64,000 bases of DNA, from assembly GCA_964016885.1 (NCBI GenBank), contig OZ024744.1, positions 129,022,001-129,086,000 of the forward strand. Direction: 5' to 3'. Below, piece by piece: positions 23,701-36,900 of this stretch. The DNA comes from Eledone cirrhosa. Taxonomy: Eukaryota. Every line of letters begins with the position of its first letter. Position 1 is the stretch's first letter. The notes beneath the pieces are model-generated. The model did no database searches. It saw nothing but the letters and a program-made list of their open reading frames with translations, and was not told where the DNA came from. A program made the position numbers and the translations under genes.

Positions 23701-26700
23701 TAAATTCAGTCGGGGTTAAGTTAAGTCGGGGTTAAGTTACGTTGGGGTTAAGTTAAGTTGGGGTTAAGTTAAGTTGGGGTTGAGTTAAGTTGGGGTTAAG
23801 TTAAGTTGGGGTTAAGTTAAGTTGGGGTTAAGTTAAGTTGGGGTTAAGTTAAGTTGGGGTTAATTTAAGTTGGGGTTAAGTTAAGTTGGGGTTAATTTAA
23901 GTTGGGGTTAATTTAAGTTGGGGTTAAGTTAAGTTGGGGTTAAGTTAAGTTGGGGTAACGTTAAGTTGGGGGTAAGTTAAGTTGGGGTTAAGTTAAGTTG
24001 GGGTTAAGTTGGGGTTAAGTTAAGTTAGGGTTAACTTAAGTTGGGGTTGTGTTAAGTGGTGGTTATGTTAAGTGGTGGTTATGTTAAGTTGGGGTTAAGT
24101 TAAGTTGGGGTTAAGTTAAGTTGGGGTTAAGTTAAGTTGGGGTTAAGTTAATTAGGGTTAAGTTAAGTTGGGTTTAAGTTAAGTTGGGGTTAAGTTAATT
24201 TGTGGTTAAGTTAAGTTGGGGTTAAGTTAAGTTGGGGTTAAGTTAAGTTGGGGATAAGTTAAGTTGGGGATAAGTTAAGTTGGGGTTAATTAAGTTGGGT
24301 TTAAGTTAAGTTGGGGTTAAGTTAAGTCGGGGTTAAGTTAAGTTGGGGTTAAGTTAAGTTGGGGGTAAGATAAGTTGGGGTTAGTTAAGTTGCGGTTAAG
24401 TTAAGTTGGGGTTAAGTTAAGTTGGGGTTAAGTTAAGTTGGGGTTAAGTTAAGTTGGGGTTAATTTAAGTTGGGGTTAATTTAAGTTGGGGTAAAGTTAA
24501 GTTGGGGGTAAGTTAAGTTGGGGTTAAGTTAAGTTGGGGTTAAGTTGGGGTTAAGTTAAGTTAGGGTTAACTTAAGTTGGGGTTGTGTTAACTGGTGGTT
24601 ATGTTAAGTGGTGGTTATGTTAAGTTGGGGTTAAGTTAAGTTGGGGTTAAGTTAAATTGGGGTTAAGTTAAGTTGCGGTTAAGTTAAGTTGGGGTTAAGT
24701 TAAGTTGGGGTTAAGTTAATTAGGGTTAAGTTAAGTTGGGGTTAAGTTAAGTTGGGGTTAAGTTAAGTTGGGGTTAAGTTAATTTGTGGTTAAGTTAAGT
24801 TGGGGTTAAGTTAAGTTGGGGTTAAGTTAAGTTGGGGATAAGTTAAGTTGAGGATAAGTTAAGTTGGGGTTAATTAAGTTGGGTTTAAGTTAAGTTGGGG
24901 TTAAGTTAAGTTGGGGTTAAGTTAAGTTGGGGTTAAGTTAAGTTGGTTAGTTAAGTTGAGTTTAAGTTAAGTTGGGGTTAATTTAAGTTGGGGTTAAGTT
25001 AAGTTGGGGTTAAGTTAATTTGGGGTTAAGTTAAGTTGGGGTTCAGTTAAGTTGGGGTTCAGTTAAGTTGGGGTTAAGTTGGGGTAAAATTAAGTTGGGG
25101 TTAAGTTAAGTTGCGGTTAAGTTAAAATGAGGTTAAGTTAAGTTGGGGTTAAGTTAAGTTGGGGTTAAGTTAAGTTGGGGCTAAGTTAAGTTGGGGCTAA
25201 GTTAAGTTGGGGCTAAGTTAAGTTGGGATTAAGTTAACTTTGGGTTAAGTTAAGTTGGGTTTGAGTTAAGTTGGGGTTAATTAAGTTGGGGTTAAGTTAA
25301 GTTGGGGTTAAGTTAAGTTGGGGTTAAGTTAAGTTGGGGTTAAGTTAAGTTGATGTTAAGTTAAGTTGGGGTTAATTTAAGTTGGGGTTAATTTAAATTT
25401 GTTGTTAAGTTAAGTTGGGGTTAATTTAAGTTGGGGTTAAGTTAAGTTGGGGTTGAGTTAAGTTGTGGTTGAGTGAAGTTGGGGTTAAGTTAAGTTGGGG
25501 TTAAATTAAGTTGGGGTTAAGTTAAGTTGGGGTTAAATTAAGTTGGGGTTAAGTTAAGTTGGGGTTAAGTTAAGTTGGGGTTAAGTTAATTTGGGGTTAA
25601 GTGAAGTTAGGGTTAAGTTAAGTTGGGGCTGAGTTAAGTTGGGGGTAAGTTAAGTTGGGGTTATGTTAAGTTGGGGTTAAGTTAAGTTGGGGTTAAGTTA
25701 AGTTGGGGTTCAGTTAAGTTGCGGTTAAGTTAAGTTGGGGTTAAGTTAAGTTGGGGTTAAGTTAAGTTGGGGTTAATTTAAGTTGGGGTTAAGTTAAGTT
25801 GGGGTTAAGTTAATTTGTGGTTAAGTTAAGTTGGGGTTAAGTTAAGTTGGGGTTAAATTCAGTCGGGGTTAAGTTAAGTCGGGGTTAAGTTACGTTGGGG
25901 TTAAGTTAAGTTGGGGTTAAGTTAAGTTGGGGTTGAGTTAAGTTGGGGTTAAGTTAAGTTGGGGTTAAGTTAAGTTGGGGTTAAGTTAAGTTGGGGTTAA
26001 GTTAAGTTGGGGTTAATTTAAGTTGGGGTTAAGTTAAGTTGGGGTTAATTTAAGTTGGGGTTAATTTAAGTTGGGGTTAAGTTAAGTTGGGGTTAAGTTA
26101 AGTTGGGGTAACGTTAAGTTGGGGGTAAGTTAAGTTGGGGTTAAGTTAAGTTGGGGTTAAGTTGGGGTTAAGTTAAGTTAGGGTTAACTTAAGTTGGGGT
26201 TGTGTTAAGTGGTGGTTATGTTAAGTGGTGGTTATGTTAAGTTGGGGTTAAGTTAAGTTGGGGTTAAGTTAAGTTGGGGTTAAGTTAAGTTGGGGTTAAG
26301 TTAATTAGGGTTAAGTTAAGTTGGGTTTAAGTTAAGTTGGGGTTAAGTTAATTTGTGGTTAAGTTAAGTTGGGGTTAAGTTAAGTTGGGGTTAAGTTAAG
26401 TTGGGGATAAGTTAAGTTGGGGATAAGTTAAGTTGGGGTTAATTAAGTTGGGTTTAAGTTAAGTTGGGGTTAAGTTAAGTCGGGGTTAAGTTAAGTTGGG
26501 GTTAAGTTAAGTTGGGGGTAAGATAAGTTGGGGTTAGTTAAGTTGGGGTTAAGTAAAGTTGGGGTTCAGTTAAGTTGGGGTTAAGTTAAGTTAGGCTTAA
26601 CTTAAGTTGGGGTTAAGTTAAGTTGGGGGTGAGTTAAGTTGGGGGTAAGTTAAGTTGGGGTTAAGTTAAGTTGGGGTTAAGTTGGGGTTAAGTTAATTTA

Positions 26701-27930
26701 GGGTTAATTTAAGTTGGGGTTGAGTTAAGTTGGGGTTAAGTTAAGTGGTGGTTATGTTAAGTTGGGGTTAAGTTAAGTTGGGGTTAATTTAAATTGGGGT
26801 TAATTTAACTTTGTGGTTAAGTTAATTTGGGGTTAATTTAAGTTGGGGTTAAGTTAAGTTGGGATTAATTTAATTTGTGGTTAAGTTAAGTTGGGGTTAA
26901 GTTAATTAGGGTTAAGTTAAGTTGGGGTTAAGTTAAGTTGGGGTTAAGTTAAGTTGGGGTTAAGTTAATTTGTGGTTAAGTTAAGTTGGGGTTAAGTTAA
27001 GTTGGGGTTAAGTTAAGTTGGGGATAAGTTAAGTTGAGGATAAGTTAAGTTGGGGTTAATTAAGTTGGGTTTAAGTTAAGTTGGGGTTAAGTTAAGTTGG
27101 GGTTAAGTTAAGTTGGGGTTAATTTAAGTTGGTTAGTTAAGTTGAGTTTAAGTTAAGTTGGGGTTAATTTAAGTTGGGGTTAAGTTAAGTTGGGGTTAAG
27201 TTAATTTGGGGTTAAGTTAAGTTGGGGTTCAGTTAAGTTGGGGTTAATTAAGTTGGGGTTAAGTTAAGTTGGGGTTAAGTTAAGTTGGGGTTAAGTTAAG
27301 TTGGGGTTAAGTTAAGTTGATGTTAAGTTAAGTTGGGGTTAATTTAAGTTGGGGTTAAGTTAAGTTGGGGCTAAGTTAAGTTGGAGCTAAGTTAAGTTGG
27401 GGCTAAGTTAAGTTGGGGTTAAGTTAAGTTGGGGTTAAGTTAAGGTGGGGTTAAGTTAAGTTGGGGTCAACTTAAGTTGGGGTTAAGTTAAGTTGGGGTT
27501 AACTTAAGTTGGGGTTAAGTTAAGTTGGGGTTAAGTTAAGTTGGGGTTAAGTTAAGTTGGGGTTACGTTAAGTTGGGGGTAAGTTAACTTGGTGGTAAGT
27601 TAAGTTGGGGGTAAGTTAAGATGGGGTTAAGTTAGGGTTAAGTTAAGTTAGGGTTAAGTTAATTTGGGGTTGAGTTAAGTTGGGGTTAAGTTAAGTGGTG
27701 GTTATGTTAAGTTGGGGTTAAGTTAAGTTGGGGTTAATTTAAATTGGGGTTAATTTAAATTTGTTGTTAAGTTAAGTTGGGGTTAATTTAAGTTGGGGTT
27801 AAGTTAAGTTGGGGTTGAGTTAAGTTGGGGTTGAATGAAGTTGGGGTTAAGTTAAGTTGGGGTTAAGTTAAGTTGGGGTTGAGTTAAGTTGGGGTTAATT
27901 TAAGTTGGGGCTAAGTTCATTTGGGGTTCA
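11060..27930 (+). repeat. ~9.1-kb-offset segmental duplication (~11.1-18.8 kb similar to ~20.1-27.9 kb)
   Basis: Offset 9070 for GTTGGCG..AAGCTG 11811/20881 and TAATTTAAGTTAGGGTAAAG 13788/22858. Offset 9118 for AAAATGAGG 16006/25124 and rare GAATGAAG 18715/27833. Confidence 0.75.
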
Positions 27931-30900
27931 GTTAAGTTGGGGTTAAATTAAGTTGGGGTTAAGTTAAGTTGGGGTTAAATTAAGTTGGGGTTAAGTTAAG
28001 TTGGGGTTAAGTTAAGTTGGGGTTAAGTTAATTTGGGGTTAAGTGAAGTTAGGGTTAAGTTAAGTTGGGGTTGAGTTAAGTTGGGGGTAAGTTAAGTTGG
28101 GGTTATGTTAAGTTGGGGTTACGTTAAGTTGGGTTTAAGTTAAGTTGGGGTTAAGTTAAGTTGGGGTTAAGTTAAGTTGGGGTTAATTTAAGTTGGGGTT
28201 AAGTTAAGTTGGGATTAATTTAAGTTGGGGTTAAGTTAAGTTGGGGTTAAGTTAAGTTGGGGTTAAATTAAGTTGGGGTTAAGTTAAGTTGGGGTTAAGT
28301 TAAGTTGGGGTTACGTTAATTTGGGGTTAAGTTAAGTTAGGGTAAAGTTAAGTTGGGGTTGAGTTAAGTTGGGGTAAGTTAAGTTGGGGTTAAGTTAAGT
28401 TGGGGTTAAGTTAAGTTGGGGTTAAGTTAAGTTAGGCTTAACTTAAGTTGGGGTTAAGTTAAGTTGGGGGTGAGTTAAGTTGGGGGTAAGTTAAGTTGGG
28501 GTTAAGTTAAGTTGGGGTTAAGTTGGGGTTAAGTTAAGTTAGGGTTAAGTTAATTTGGGGTTGAGTTAAGTTGGGGTTAAGTTAAGTGGTGGTTATGTTA
28601 AGTTGGGGTTAAGTTAAGTTGGGGTTAATTTAAATTGGGGTTAATTTAAATTTGTTGTTAAGTTAAGTTGGGGTTAATTTAAGTTGGGGTTAAGTTAAGT
28701 TGGGGTTGAGTTAAGTTGGGGTTGAGTGAAGTTGGGGTTAAGTTAAGTTGGGGTTAAATTAAGTTGGGGTTAAGTTAAGTTGGGGTTGAGTTAAGTTGGG
28801 GTTAATTTAAGTTGGGGCTAAGTTAATTTGGGGTTAAGTTAAGTTGGGGTTAAATTAAGTTGGGGTTAAGTTAAGTTGGGGTTAAGTTAAGTTGGGGTTA
28901 AGTTAATTTGGGGTTAAGTGAAGTTAGGGTTAAGTTAAGTTGGGGCTGAGTTAAGTTGGGGGTAAGTTAAGTTGGGGTTATGTTAAGTTGGGGTTAAGTT
29001 AAGTTGGGGTTAAGTTAAGTTGGGGTTCAGTTAAGTTGCGGTTAAGTTAAGTTGGGGTTAATTTAAGTTGGGGTTAAGTTAAGTTGGGGTTAATTTAAGT
29101 TGGGGTTAAGTTAAGTTGGGGTTAAGTTAATTTGTGGTTAAGTTAAGTTGGGGTTAAGTTAAGTTGGGGTTAAATTCAGTCGGGGTTAAGTTAAGTCGGG
29201 GTTAAGTTACGTTGGGGTTAAGTTAAGTTGGGGTTAAGTTAAGTTGGCGTTGAGTTAAGTTGGGGTTAAGTTAAGTTGGGGTTAAGTTAAGTTGGGGTTA
29301 AGTTAAGTTGGGGTTAAGTTAAGTTGGGGTTAATTTAAGTTGGGGTTAAGTTAAGTTGGGGTTAATTTAAGTTGGGGTTAATTTAAGTTGGGGTTAAGTT
29401 AAGTTGGGGTTAAGTTAAGTTGGGGTAACGTTAAGTTGGGGGTAAGTTAAGTTGGGGTTAAGTTAAGTTGGGGTTAAGTTGGGGTTAAGTTAAGTTAGGG
29501 TTAACTTAAGTTGGGGTTGTGTTAAGTGGTGGTTATGTTAAGTGGTGGTTATGTTAAGTTGGGGTTAAGTTAAGTTGGGGTTAAGTTAAGTTGGGGTTAA
29601 GTTAAGTTGGGGTTAAGTTAATTAGGGTTAAGTTAAGTTGGGTTTAAGTTAAGTTGGGGATAAGTTAAGTTGGGGATAAGTTAAGTTGGGGTTAATTAAG
29701 TTGGGTTTAAGTTAAGTTGGGGTTAAGTTAAGTCGGGGTTAAGTTAAGTTGGGGTTAAGTTAAGTTGGGGGTAAGATAAGTTGGGGTTAGTTAAGTTGCG
29801 GTTAAGTTAAGTTGGGGTTAAGTTAAGTTGGGGTTAAGTTAAGTTGGGGTTAAGTTAAGTTGGGGTTAATTTAAGTTGGGGTTAATTTAAGTTGGGGTAA
29901 AGTTAAGTTGGGGGTAAGTTAAGTTGGGGTTAAGTTAAGTTGGGGTTAAGTTGGGGTTAAGTTAAGTTAGGGTTAACTTAAGTTGGGGTTGTGTTAAGTG
30001 GTGGTTATGTTAAGTGGTGGTTATGTTAAGTTGGGGTTAAGTTAAGTTGGGGTTAAGTTAAATTGGGGTTAAGTTAAGTTGCGGTTAAGTTAAGTTGGGG
30101 TTAAGTTAAGTTGGGGTTAAGTTAATTAGGGTTAAGTTAAGTTGGGGTTAAGTTAAGTTGGGGTTAAGTTAAGTTGGGGTTAAGTTAATTTGTGGTTAAG
30201 TTAAGTTGGGGTTAAGTTAAGTTGGGGTTAAGTTAAGTTGGGGATAAGTTAAGTTGAGGATAAGTTAAGTTGGGGTTAATTAAGTTGGGTTTAAGTTAAG
30301 TTGGGGTTAAGTTAAGTTGGGGTTAAGTTAAGTTGGGGTTAAGTTAAGTTGGTTAGTTAAGTTGAGTTTAAGTTAAGTTGGGGTTAATTTAAGTTGGGGT
30401 TAAGTTAAGTTGGGGTTAAGTTAATTTGGGGTTAAGTTAAGTTGGGGTTCAGTTAAGTTGGGGTTCAGTTAAGTTGGGGTTAAGTTGGGGTAAAATTAAG
30501 TTGGGGTTAAGTTAAGTTGCGGTTAAGTTAAAATGAGGTTAAGTTAAGTTGGGGTTAAGTTAAGTTGGGGTTAAGTTAAGTTGGGGCTAAGTTAAGTTGG
30601 GGCTAAGTTAAGTTGGGGCTAAGTTAAGTTGGGATTAAGTTAACTTTGGGTTAAGTTAAGTTGGGTTTGAGTTAAGTTGGGGTTAATTAAGTTGGGGTTA
30701 AGTTAAGTTGGGGTTAAGTTAAGTTGGGGTTAAGTTAAGTTGGGGTTAAGTTAAGTTGATGTTAACTTAAGTTGGGGTTAATTTAAGTTGGGGTTAAGTT
30801 AAGTTGGGGCTAAGTTAAGTTGGGGTTAAGTTAATTAGGGTTAAGTTAAGTTGGGGTTAAGTTAAGTTGGGGTTAAGTTAAGTTGGGGTTAAGTTAATTT

Positions 30901-33900
30901 GTGGTTAAGTTAAGTTGGGGTTAAGTTAAGTTGGGGTTAAGTTAAGTTGGGGATAAGTTAAGTTGAGGATAAGTTAAGTTGGGGTTAATTAAGTTGGGTT
31001 TAAGTTAAGTTGGGGTTAAGTTAAGTTGGGGTTAAGTTAAGTTGGGGTTAAGTTAAGTTGGTTAGTTAAGTTGAGTTTAAGTTAAGTTGGGGTTAATTTA
31101 AGTTGGGGTTAAGTTAAGTTGGGGTTAAGTTAATTTGGGGTTAAGTTAAGTTGGGGTTCAGTTAAGTTGGGGTTAAGTTAAGTTGGGGTTAAGTTGGGGT
31201 AAAATTAAGTTGGGGTTAAGTTAAGTTGCGGTTAAGTTAAAATGAGGTTAAGTTAAGTTGGGGTTAAGTTAAGTTGGGGTTAAGTTAAGTTGGGGCTAAG
31301 TTAAGTTGGGGCTAAGTTAAGTTGGGGCTAAGTTAAGTTGGGGTTAAGTTAACTTTGGGTTAAGTTAAGTTGGGTTTGAGTTAAGTTGGGGTTAATTAAG
31401 TTGGGGTTAAGTTAAGTTGGGGTTAAGTTAAGTTGGGGTTAAGTTAAGTTGGGGTTAAGTTAAGTTGATGTTAAGTTAAGTTGGGGTTAATTTAAGTTGG
31501 GGTTAAGTTAAGTTGGGGCTAAGTTAAGTTGGAGCTAAGTTAAGTTGGGGCTAAGTTAAGTTGGGGTTAAGTTAAGTTGGGGTTAAGTTAAGGTGGGGTT
31601 AAGTTAAGTTGGGGTCAACTTAAGTTGGGGTTAAGTTAAGTTGGGGTTAACTTAAGTTGGGGTTAAGTTAAGTTGGGGTTAAGTTAAGTTGGGGTTAAGT
31701 TAAGTTGGGGTTACGTTAAGTTGGGGGTAAGTTAAGTTGGTGGTAAGTTAAGTTGGGGATAAGTTAAGTTGAGGATAAGTTAAGTTGGGGTTAATTAAGT
31801 TGGGTTTAAGTTAAGTTGGGGTTAAGTTAAGTTGGGGTTAAGTTAAGTTGGGGTTAAGTTAAGTTGGTTAGTTAAGTTGAGTTTAAGTTAAGTTGGGGTT
31901 AATTTAAGTTGGGGTTAAGTTAAGTTGGGGTTAAGTTAATTTGGGGTTAAGTTAAGTTGGGGTTCAGTTAAGTTGGGGTTCAGTTAAGTTGGGGTTAAGT
32001 TGGGGTAAAATTAAGTTGGGGTTAAGTTAAGTTGCGGTTAAGTTAAAATGAGGTTAAGTTAAGTTGGGGTTAAGTTAAGTTGGGGTTAAGTTAAGTTGGG
32101 GCTAAGTTAAGTTGGGGCTAAGTTAAGTTGGGGCTAAGTTAAGTTGGGATTAAGTTAACTTTGGGTTAAGTTAAGTTGGGTTTGAGTTAAGTTGGGGTTA
32201 ATTAAGTTGGGGTTAAGTTAAGTTGGGGTTAAGTTAAGTTGGGGTTAAGTTAAGTTGGGGTTAAGTTAAGTTGATGTTAAGTTAAGTTGGGGTTAATTTA
32301 AGTTGGGGTTAATTTAAATTTGTTGTTAAGTTAAGTTGGGGTTAATTTAAGTTGGGGTTAAGTTAAGTTGGGGTTGAGTTAAGTTGTGGTTGAGTGAAGT
32401 TGGGGTTAAGTTAAGTTGGGGTTAAATTAAGTTGGGGTTAAGTTAAGTTGGGGTTAAATTAAGTTGGGGTTAAGTTAAGTTGGGGTTAAGTTAAGTTGGG
32501 GTTAAGTTAATTTGGGGTTAAGTGAAGTTAGGGTTAAGTTAAGTTGGGGCTGAGTTAAGTTGGGGGTAAGTTAAGTTGGGGTTATGTTAAGTTGGGGTTA
32601 AGTTAAGTTGGGGTTAAGTTAAGTTGGGGTTCAGTTAAGTTGCGGTTAAGTTAAGTTGGGGTTAAGTTAAGTTGGGGTTAAGTTAAGTTGGGGTTAATTT
32701 AAGTTGGGGTTAAGTTAAGTTGGGGTTAAGTTAATTTGTGGTTAAGTTAAGTTGGGGTTAAGTTAAGTTGGGGTTAAATTCAGTCGGGGTTAAGTTAAGT
32801 CGGGGTTAAGTTACGTTGGGGTTAAGTTAAGTTGGGGTTAAGTTAAGTTGGGGTTGAGTTAAGTTGGGGTTAAGTTAAGTTGGGGTTAAGTTAAGTTGGG
32901 GTTAAGTTAAGTTGGGGTTAAGTTAAGTTGGGGTTAATTTAAGTTGGGGTTAAGTTAAGTTGGGGTTAATTTAAGTTGGGGTTAATTTAAGTTGGGGTTA
33001 AGTTAAGTTGGGGTTAAGTTAAGTTGGGGTAACGTTAAGTTGGGGGTAAGTTAAGTTGGGGTTAAGTTAAGTTGGGGTTAAGTTGGGGTTAAGTTAAGTT
33101 AGGGTTAACTTAAGTTGGGGTTGTGTTAAGTGGTGGTTATGTTAAGTGGTGGTTATGTTAAGTTGGGGTTAAGTTAAGTTGGGGTTAAGTTAAGTTGGGG
33201 TTAAGTTAAGTTGGGGTTAAGTTAATTAGGGTTAAGTTAAGTTGGGTTTAAGTTAAGTTGGGGTTAAGTTAATTTGTGGTTAAGTTAAGTTGGGGTTAAG
33301 TTAAGTTGGGGTTAAGTTAAGTTGGGGATAAGTTAAGTTGGGGATAAGTTAAGTTGGGGTTAATTAAGTTGGGTTTAAGTTAAGTTGGGGTTAAGTTAAG
33401 TCGGGGTTAAGTTAAGTTGGGGTTAAGTTAAGTTGGGGGTAAGATAAGTTGGGGTTAGTTAAGTTGGGGTTAAGTAAAGTTGGGGTTCAGTTAAGTTGGG
33501 GTTAAGTTAAGTTAGGCTTAACTTAAGTTGGGGTTAAGTTAAGTTGGGGGTGAGTTAAGTTGGGGGTAAGTTAAGTTGGGGTTAAGTTAAGTTGGGGTTA
33601 AGTTGGGGTTAAGTTAATTTAGGGTTAATTTAAGTTGGGGTTGAGTTAAGTTGGGGTTAAGTTAAGTGGTGGTTATGTTAAGTTGGGGTTAAGTTAAGTT
33701 GGGGTTAATTTAAATTGGGGTTAATTTAACTTTGTGGTTAAGTTAATTTGGGGTTAATTTAAGTTGGGGTTAAGTTAAGTTGGGATTAATTTAATTTGTG
33801 GTTAAGTTAAGTTGGGGTTAAGTTAATTAGGGTTAAGTTAAGTTGGGGTTAAGTTAAGTTGGGGTTAAGTTAAGTTGGGGTTAAGTTAATTTGTGGTTAA

Positions 33901-36900
33901 GTTAAGTTGGGGTTAAGTTAAGTTGGGGTTAAGTTAAGTTGGGGATAAGTTAAGTTGAGGATAAGTTAAGTTGGGGTTAATTAAGTTGGGTTTAAGTTAA
34001 GTTGGGGTTAAGTTAAGTTGGGGTTAAGTTAAGTTGGGGTTAAGTTAAGTTGGTTAGTTAAGTTGAGTTTAAGTTAAGTTGGGGTTAATTTAAGTTGGGG
34101 TTAAGTTAAGTTGGGGTTAAGTTAATTTGGGGTTAAGTTAAGTTGGGGTTCAGTTAAGTTGGGGTTAATTAAGTTGGGGTTAAGTTAAGTTGGGGTTAAG
34201 TTAAGTTGGGGTTAAGTTAAGTTGGGGTTAAGTTAAGTTGATGTTAAGTTAAGTTGGGGTTAATTTAAGTTGGGGTTAAGTTAAGTTGGGGCTAAGTTAA
34301 GTTGGAGCTAAGTTAAGTTGGGGCTAAGTTAAGTTGGGGTTAAGTTAAGTTGGGGTTAAGTTAAGGTGGGGTTAAGTTAAGTTGGGGTCAACTTAAGTTG
34401 GGGTTAAGTTAAGTTGGGGTTAACTTAAGTTGGGGTTAAGTTAAGTTGGGGTTAAGTTACTTTGGGGTTAAGTTAAGTTGGGGTTACGTTAAGTTGGGGG
34501 TAAGTTAACTTGGTGGTAAGTTAAGTTGGGGGTAAGTTAAGATGGGGTTAAGTTAGGGTTAAGTTAAGTTAGGGTTAAGTTAATTTGGGGTTGAGTTAAG
34601 TTGGGGTTAAGTTAAGTGGTGGTTATGTTAAGTTGGGGTTAAGTTAAGTTGGGGTTAATTTAAATTGGGGTTAATTTAAATTTGTTGTTAAGTTAAGTTG
34701 GGGTTAATTTAAGTTGGGGTTAAGTTAAGTTGGGGTTGAGTTAAGTTGGGGTTGAATGAAGTTGGGGTTAAGTTAAGTTGGGGTTAAGTTAAGTTGGGGT
34801 TGAGTTAAGTTGGGGTTAATTTAAGTTGGGGCTAAGTTCATTTGGGGTTCAGTTAAGTTGGGGTTAAATTAAGTTGGGGTTAAGTTAAGTTGGGGTTAAA
34901 TTAAGTTGGGGTTAAGTTAAGTTGGGGTTAAGTTAAGTTGGGGTTAAGTTAATTTGGGGTTAAGTGAAGTTAGGGTTAAGTTAAGTTGGGGTTGAGTTAA
35001 GTTGGGGGTAAGTTAAGTTGGGGTTATGTTAAGTTGGGGTTACGTTAAGTTGGGTTTAAGTTAAGTTGGGGTTAAGTTAAGTTGGGGTTAAGTTAAGTTG
35101 GGGTTAATTTAAGTTGGGGTTAAGTTAAGTTGGGATTAATTTAAGTTGGGGTTAAGTTAAGTTGGGGTTAAGTTAAGTTGGGGTTAAATTAAGTTGGGGT
35201 TAAGTTAAGTTGGGGTTAAGTTAAGTTGGGGTTACGTTAATTTGGGGTTAAGTTAAGTTAGGGTAAAGTTAAGTTGGGGTTGAGTTAAGTTGGGGTAAGT
35301 TAAGTTGGGGTTAAGTTAAGTTGGGGTTAAGTTAAGTTGGGGTTAAGTTAAGTTAGGCTTAACTTAAGTTGGGGTTAAGTTAAGTTGGGGGTGAGTTAAG
35401 TTGGGGGTAAGTTAAGTTGGGGTTAAGTTAAGTTGGGGTTAAGTTGGGGTTAAGTTAAGTTAGGGTTAAGTTAAGTTAGGCTTAACTTAAGTTGGGGTTA
35501 AGTTAAGTTGGGGTTGAGTTAAGTTGGGGTTAAGTTAAGTGGTGGTTATGTTAAGTTGGGGTTAAGTTAAGTTGGGGTTAATTTAAATTGGGGTTAATTT
35601 AAATTTGTTGTTAAGTTAAGTTGGGGTTAATTTAAGTTGGGGTTAAGTTAAGTTGGGGTTGAGTTAAGTTGTGGTTGAGTGAAGTTGGGGTTAAGTTAAG
35701 TTGGGGTTAAATTAAGTTGGGGTTAAGTTAAGTTGGGGTTGAGTTAAGTTGGGGTTAATTTAAGTTGGGGCTAAGTTAATTTGGGGTTAAGTTAAGTTGG
35801 GGTTAAATTAAGTTGGGGTTAAGTTAAGTTGGGGTTAAGTTAAGTTGGGGTTAAGTTAATTTGGGGTTAAGTGAAGTTAGGGTTAAGTTAAGTTGGGGCT
35901 GAGTTAAGTTGGGGGTAAGTTAAGTTGGGGTTATGTTAAGTTGGGGTTAAGTTAAGTTGGGGTTAAGTTAAGTTGGGGTTCAGTTAAGTTGCGGTTAAGT
36001 TAAGTTGGGGTTAATTTAAGTTGGGGTTAAGTTAAGTTGGGGTTAATTTAAGTTGGGGTTAAGTTAAGTTGGGGTTAAGTTAATTTGTGGTTAAGTTAAG
36101 TTGGGGTTAAGTTAAGTTGGGGTTAAATTCAGTCGGGGTTAAGTTAAGTCGGGGTTAAGTTACGTTGGGGTTAAGTTAAGTTGGGGTTAAGTTAAGTTGG
36201 CGTTGAGTTAAGTTGGGGTTAAGTTAAGTTGGGGTTAAGTTAAGTTGGGGTTAAGTTAAGTTGGGGTTAAGTTAAGTTGGGGTTAATTTAAGTTGGGGTT
36301 AAGTTAAGTTGGGGTTAATTTAAGTTGGGGTTAATTTAAGTTGGGGTTAAGTTAAGTTGGGGTTAAGTTAAGTTGGGGTAACGTTAAGTTGGGGGTAAGT
36401 TAAGTTGGGGTTAAGTTAAGTTGGGGTTAAGTTGGGGTTAAGTTAAGTTAGGGTTAACTTAAGTTGGGGTTGTGTTAAGTGGTGGTTATGTTAAGTGGTG
36501 GTTATGTTAAGTTGGGGTTAAGTTAAGTTGGGGTTAAGTTAAGTTGGGGTTAAGTTAAGTTGGGGTTAAGTTAATTAGGGTTAAGTTAAGTTGGGTTTAA
36601 GTTAAGTTGGGGATAAGTTAAGTTGGGGATAAGTTAAGTTGGGGTTAATTAAGTTGGGTTTAAGTTAAGTTGGGGTTAAGTTAAGTCGGGGTTAAGTTAA
36701 GTTGGGGTTAAGTTAAGTTGGGGGTAAGATAAGTTGGGGTTAGTTAAGTTGCGGTTAAGTTAAGTTGGGGTTAAGTTAAGTTGGGGTTAAGTTAAGTTGG
36801 GGTTAAGTTAAGTTGGGGTTAATTTAAGTTGGGGTTAATTTAAGTTGGGGTAAAGTTAAGTTGGGGGTAAGTTAAGTTGGGGTTAAGTTAAGTTGGGGTT

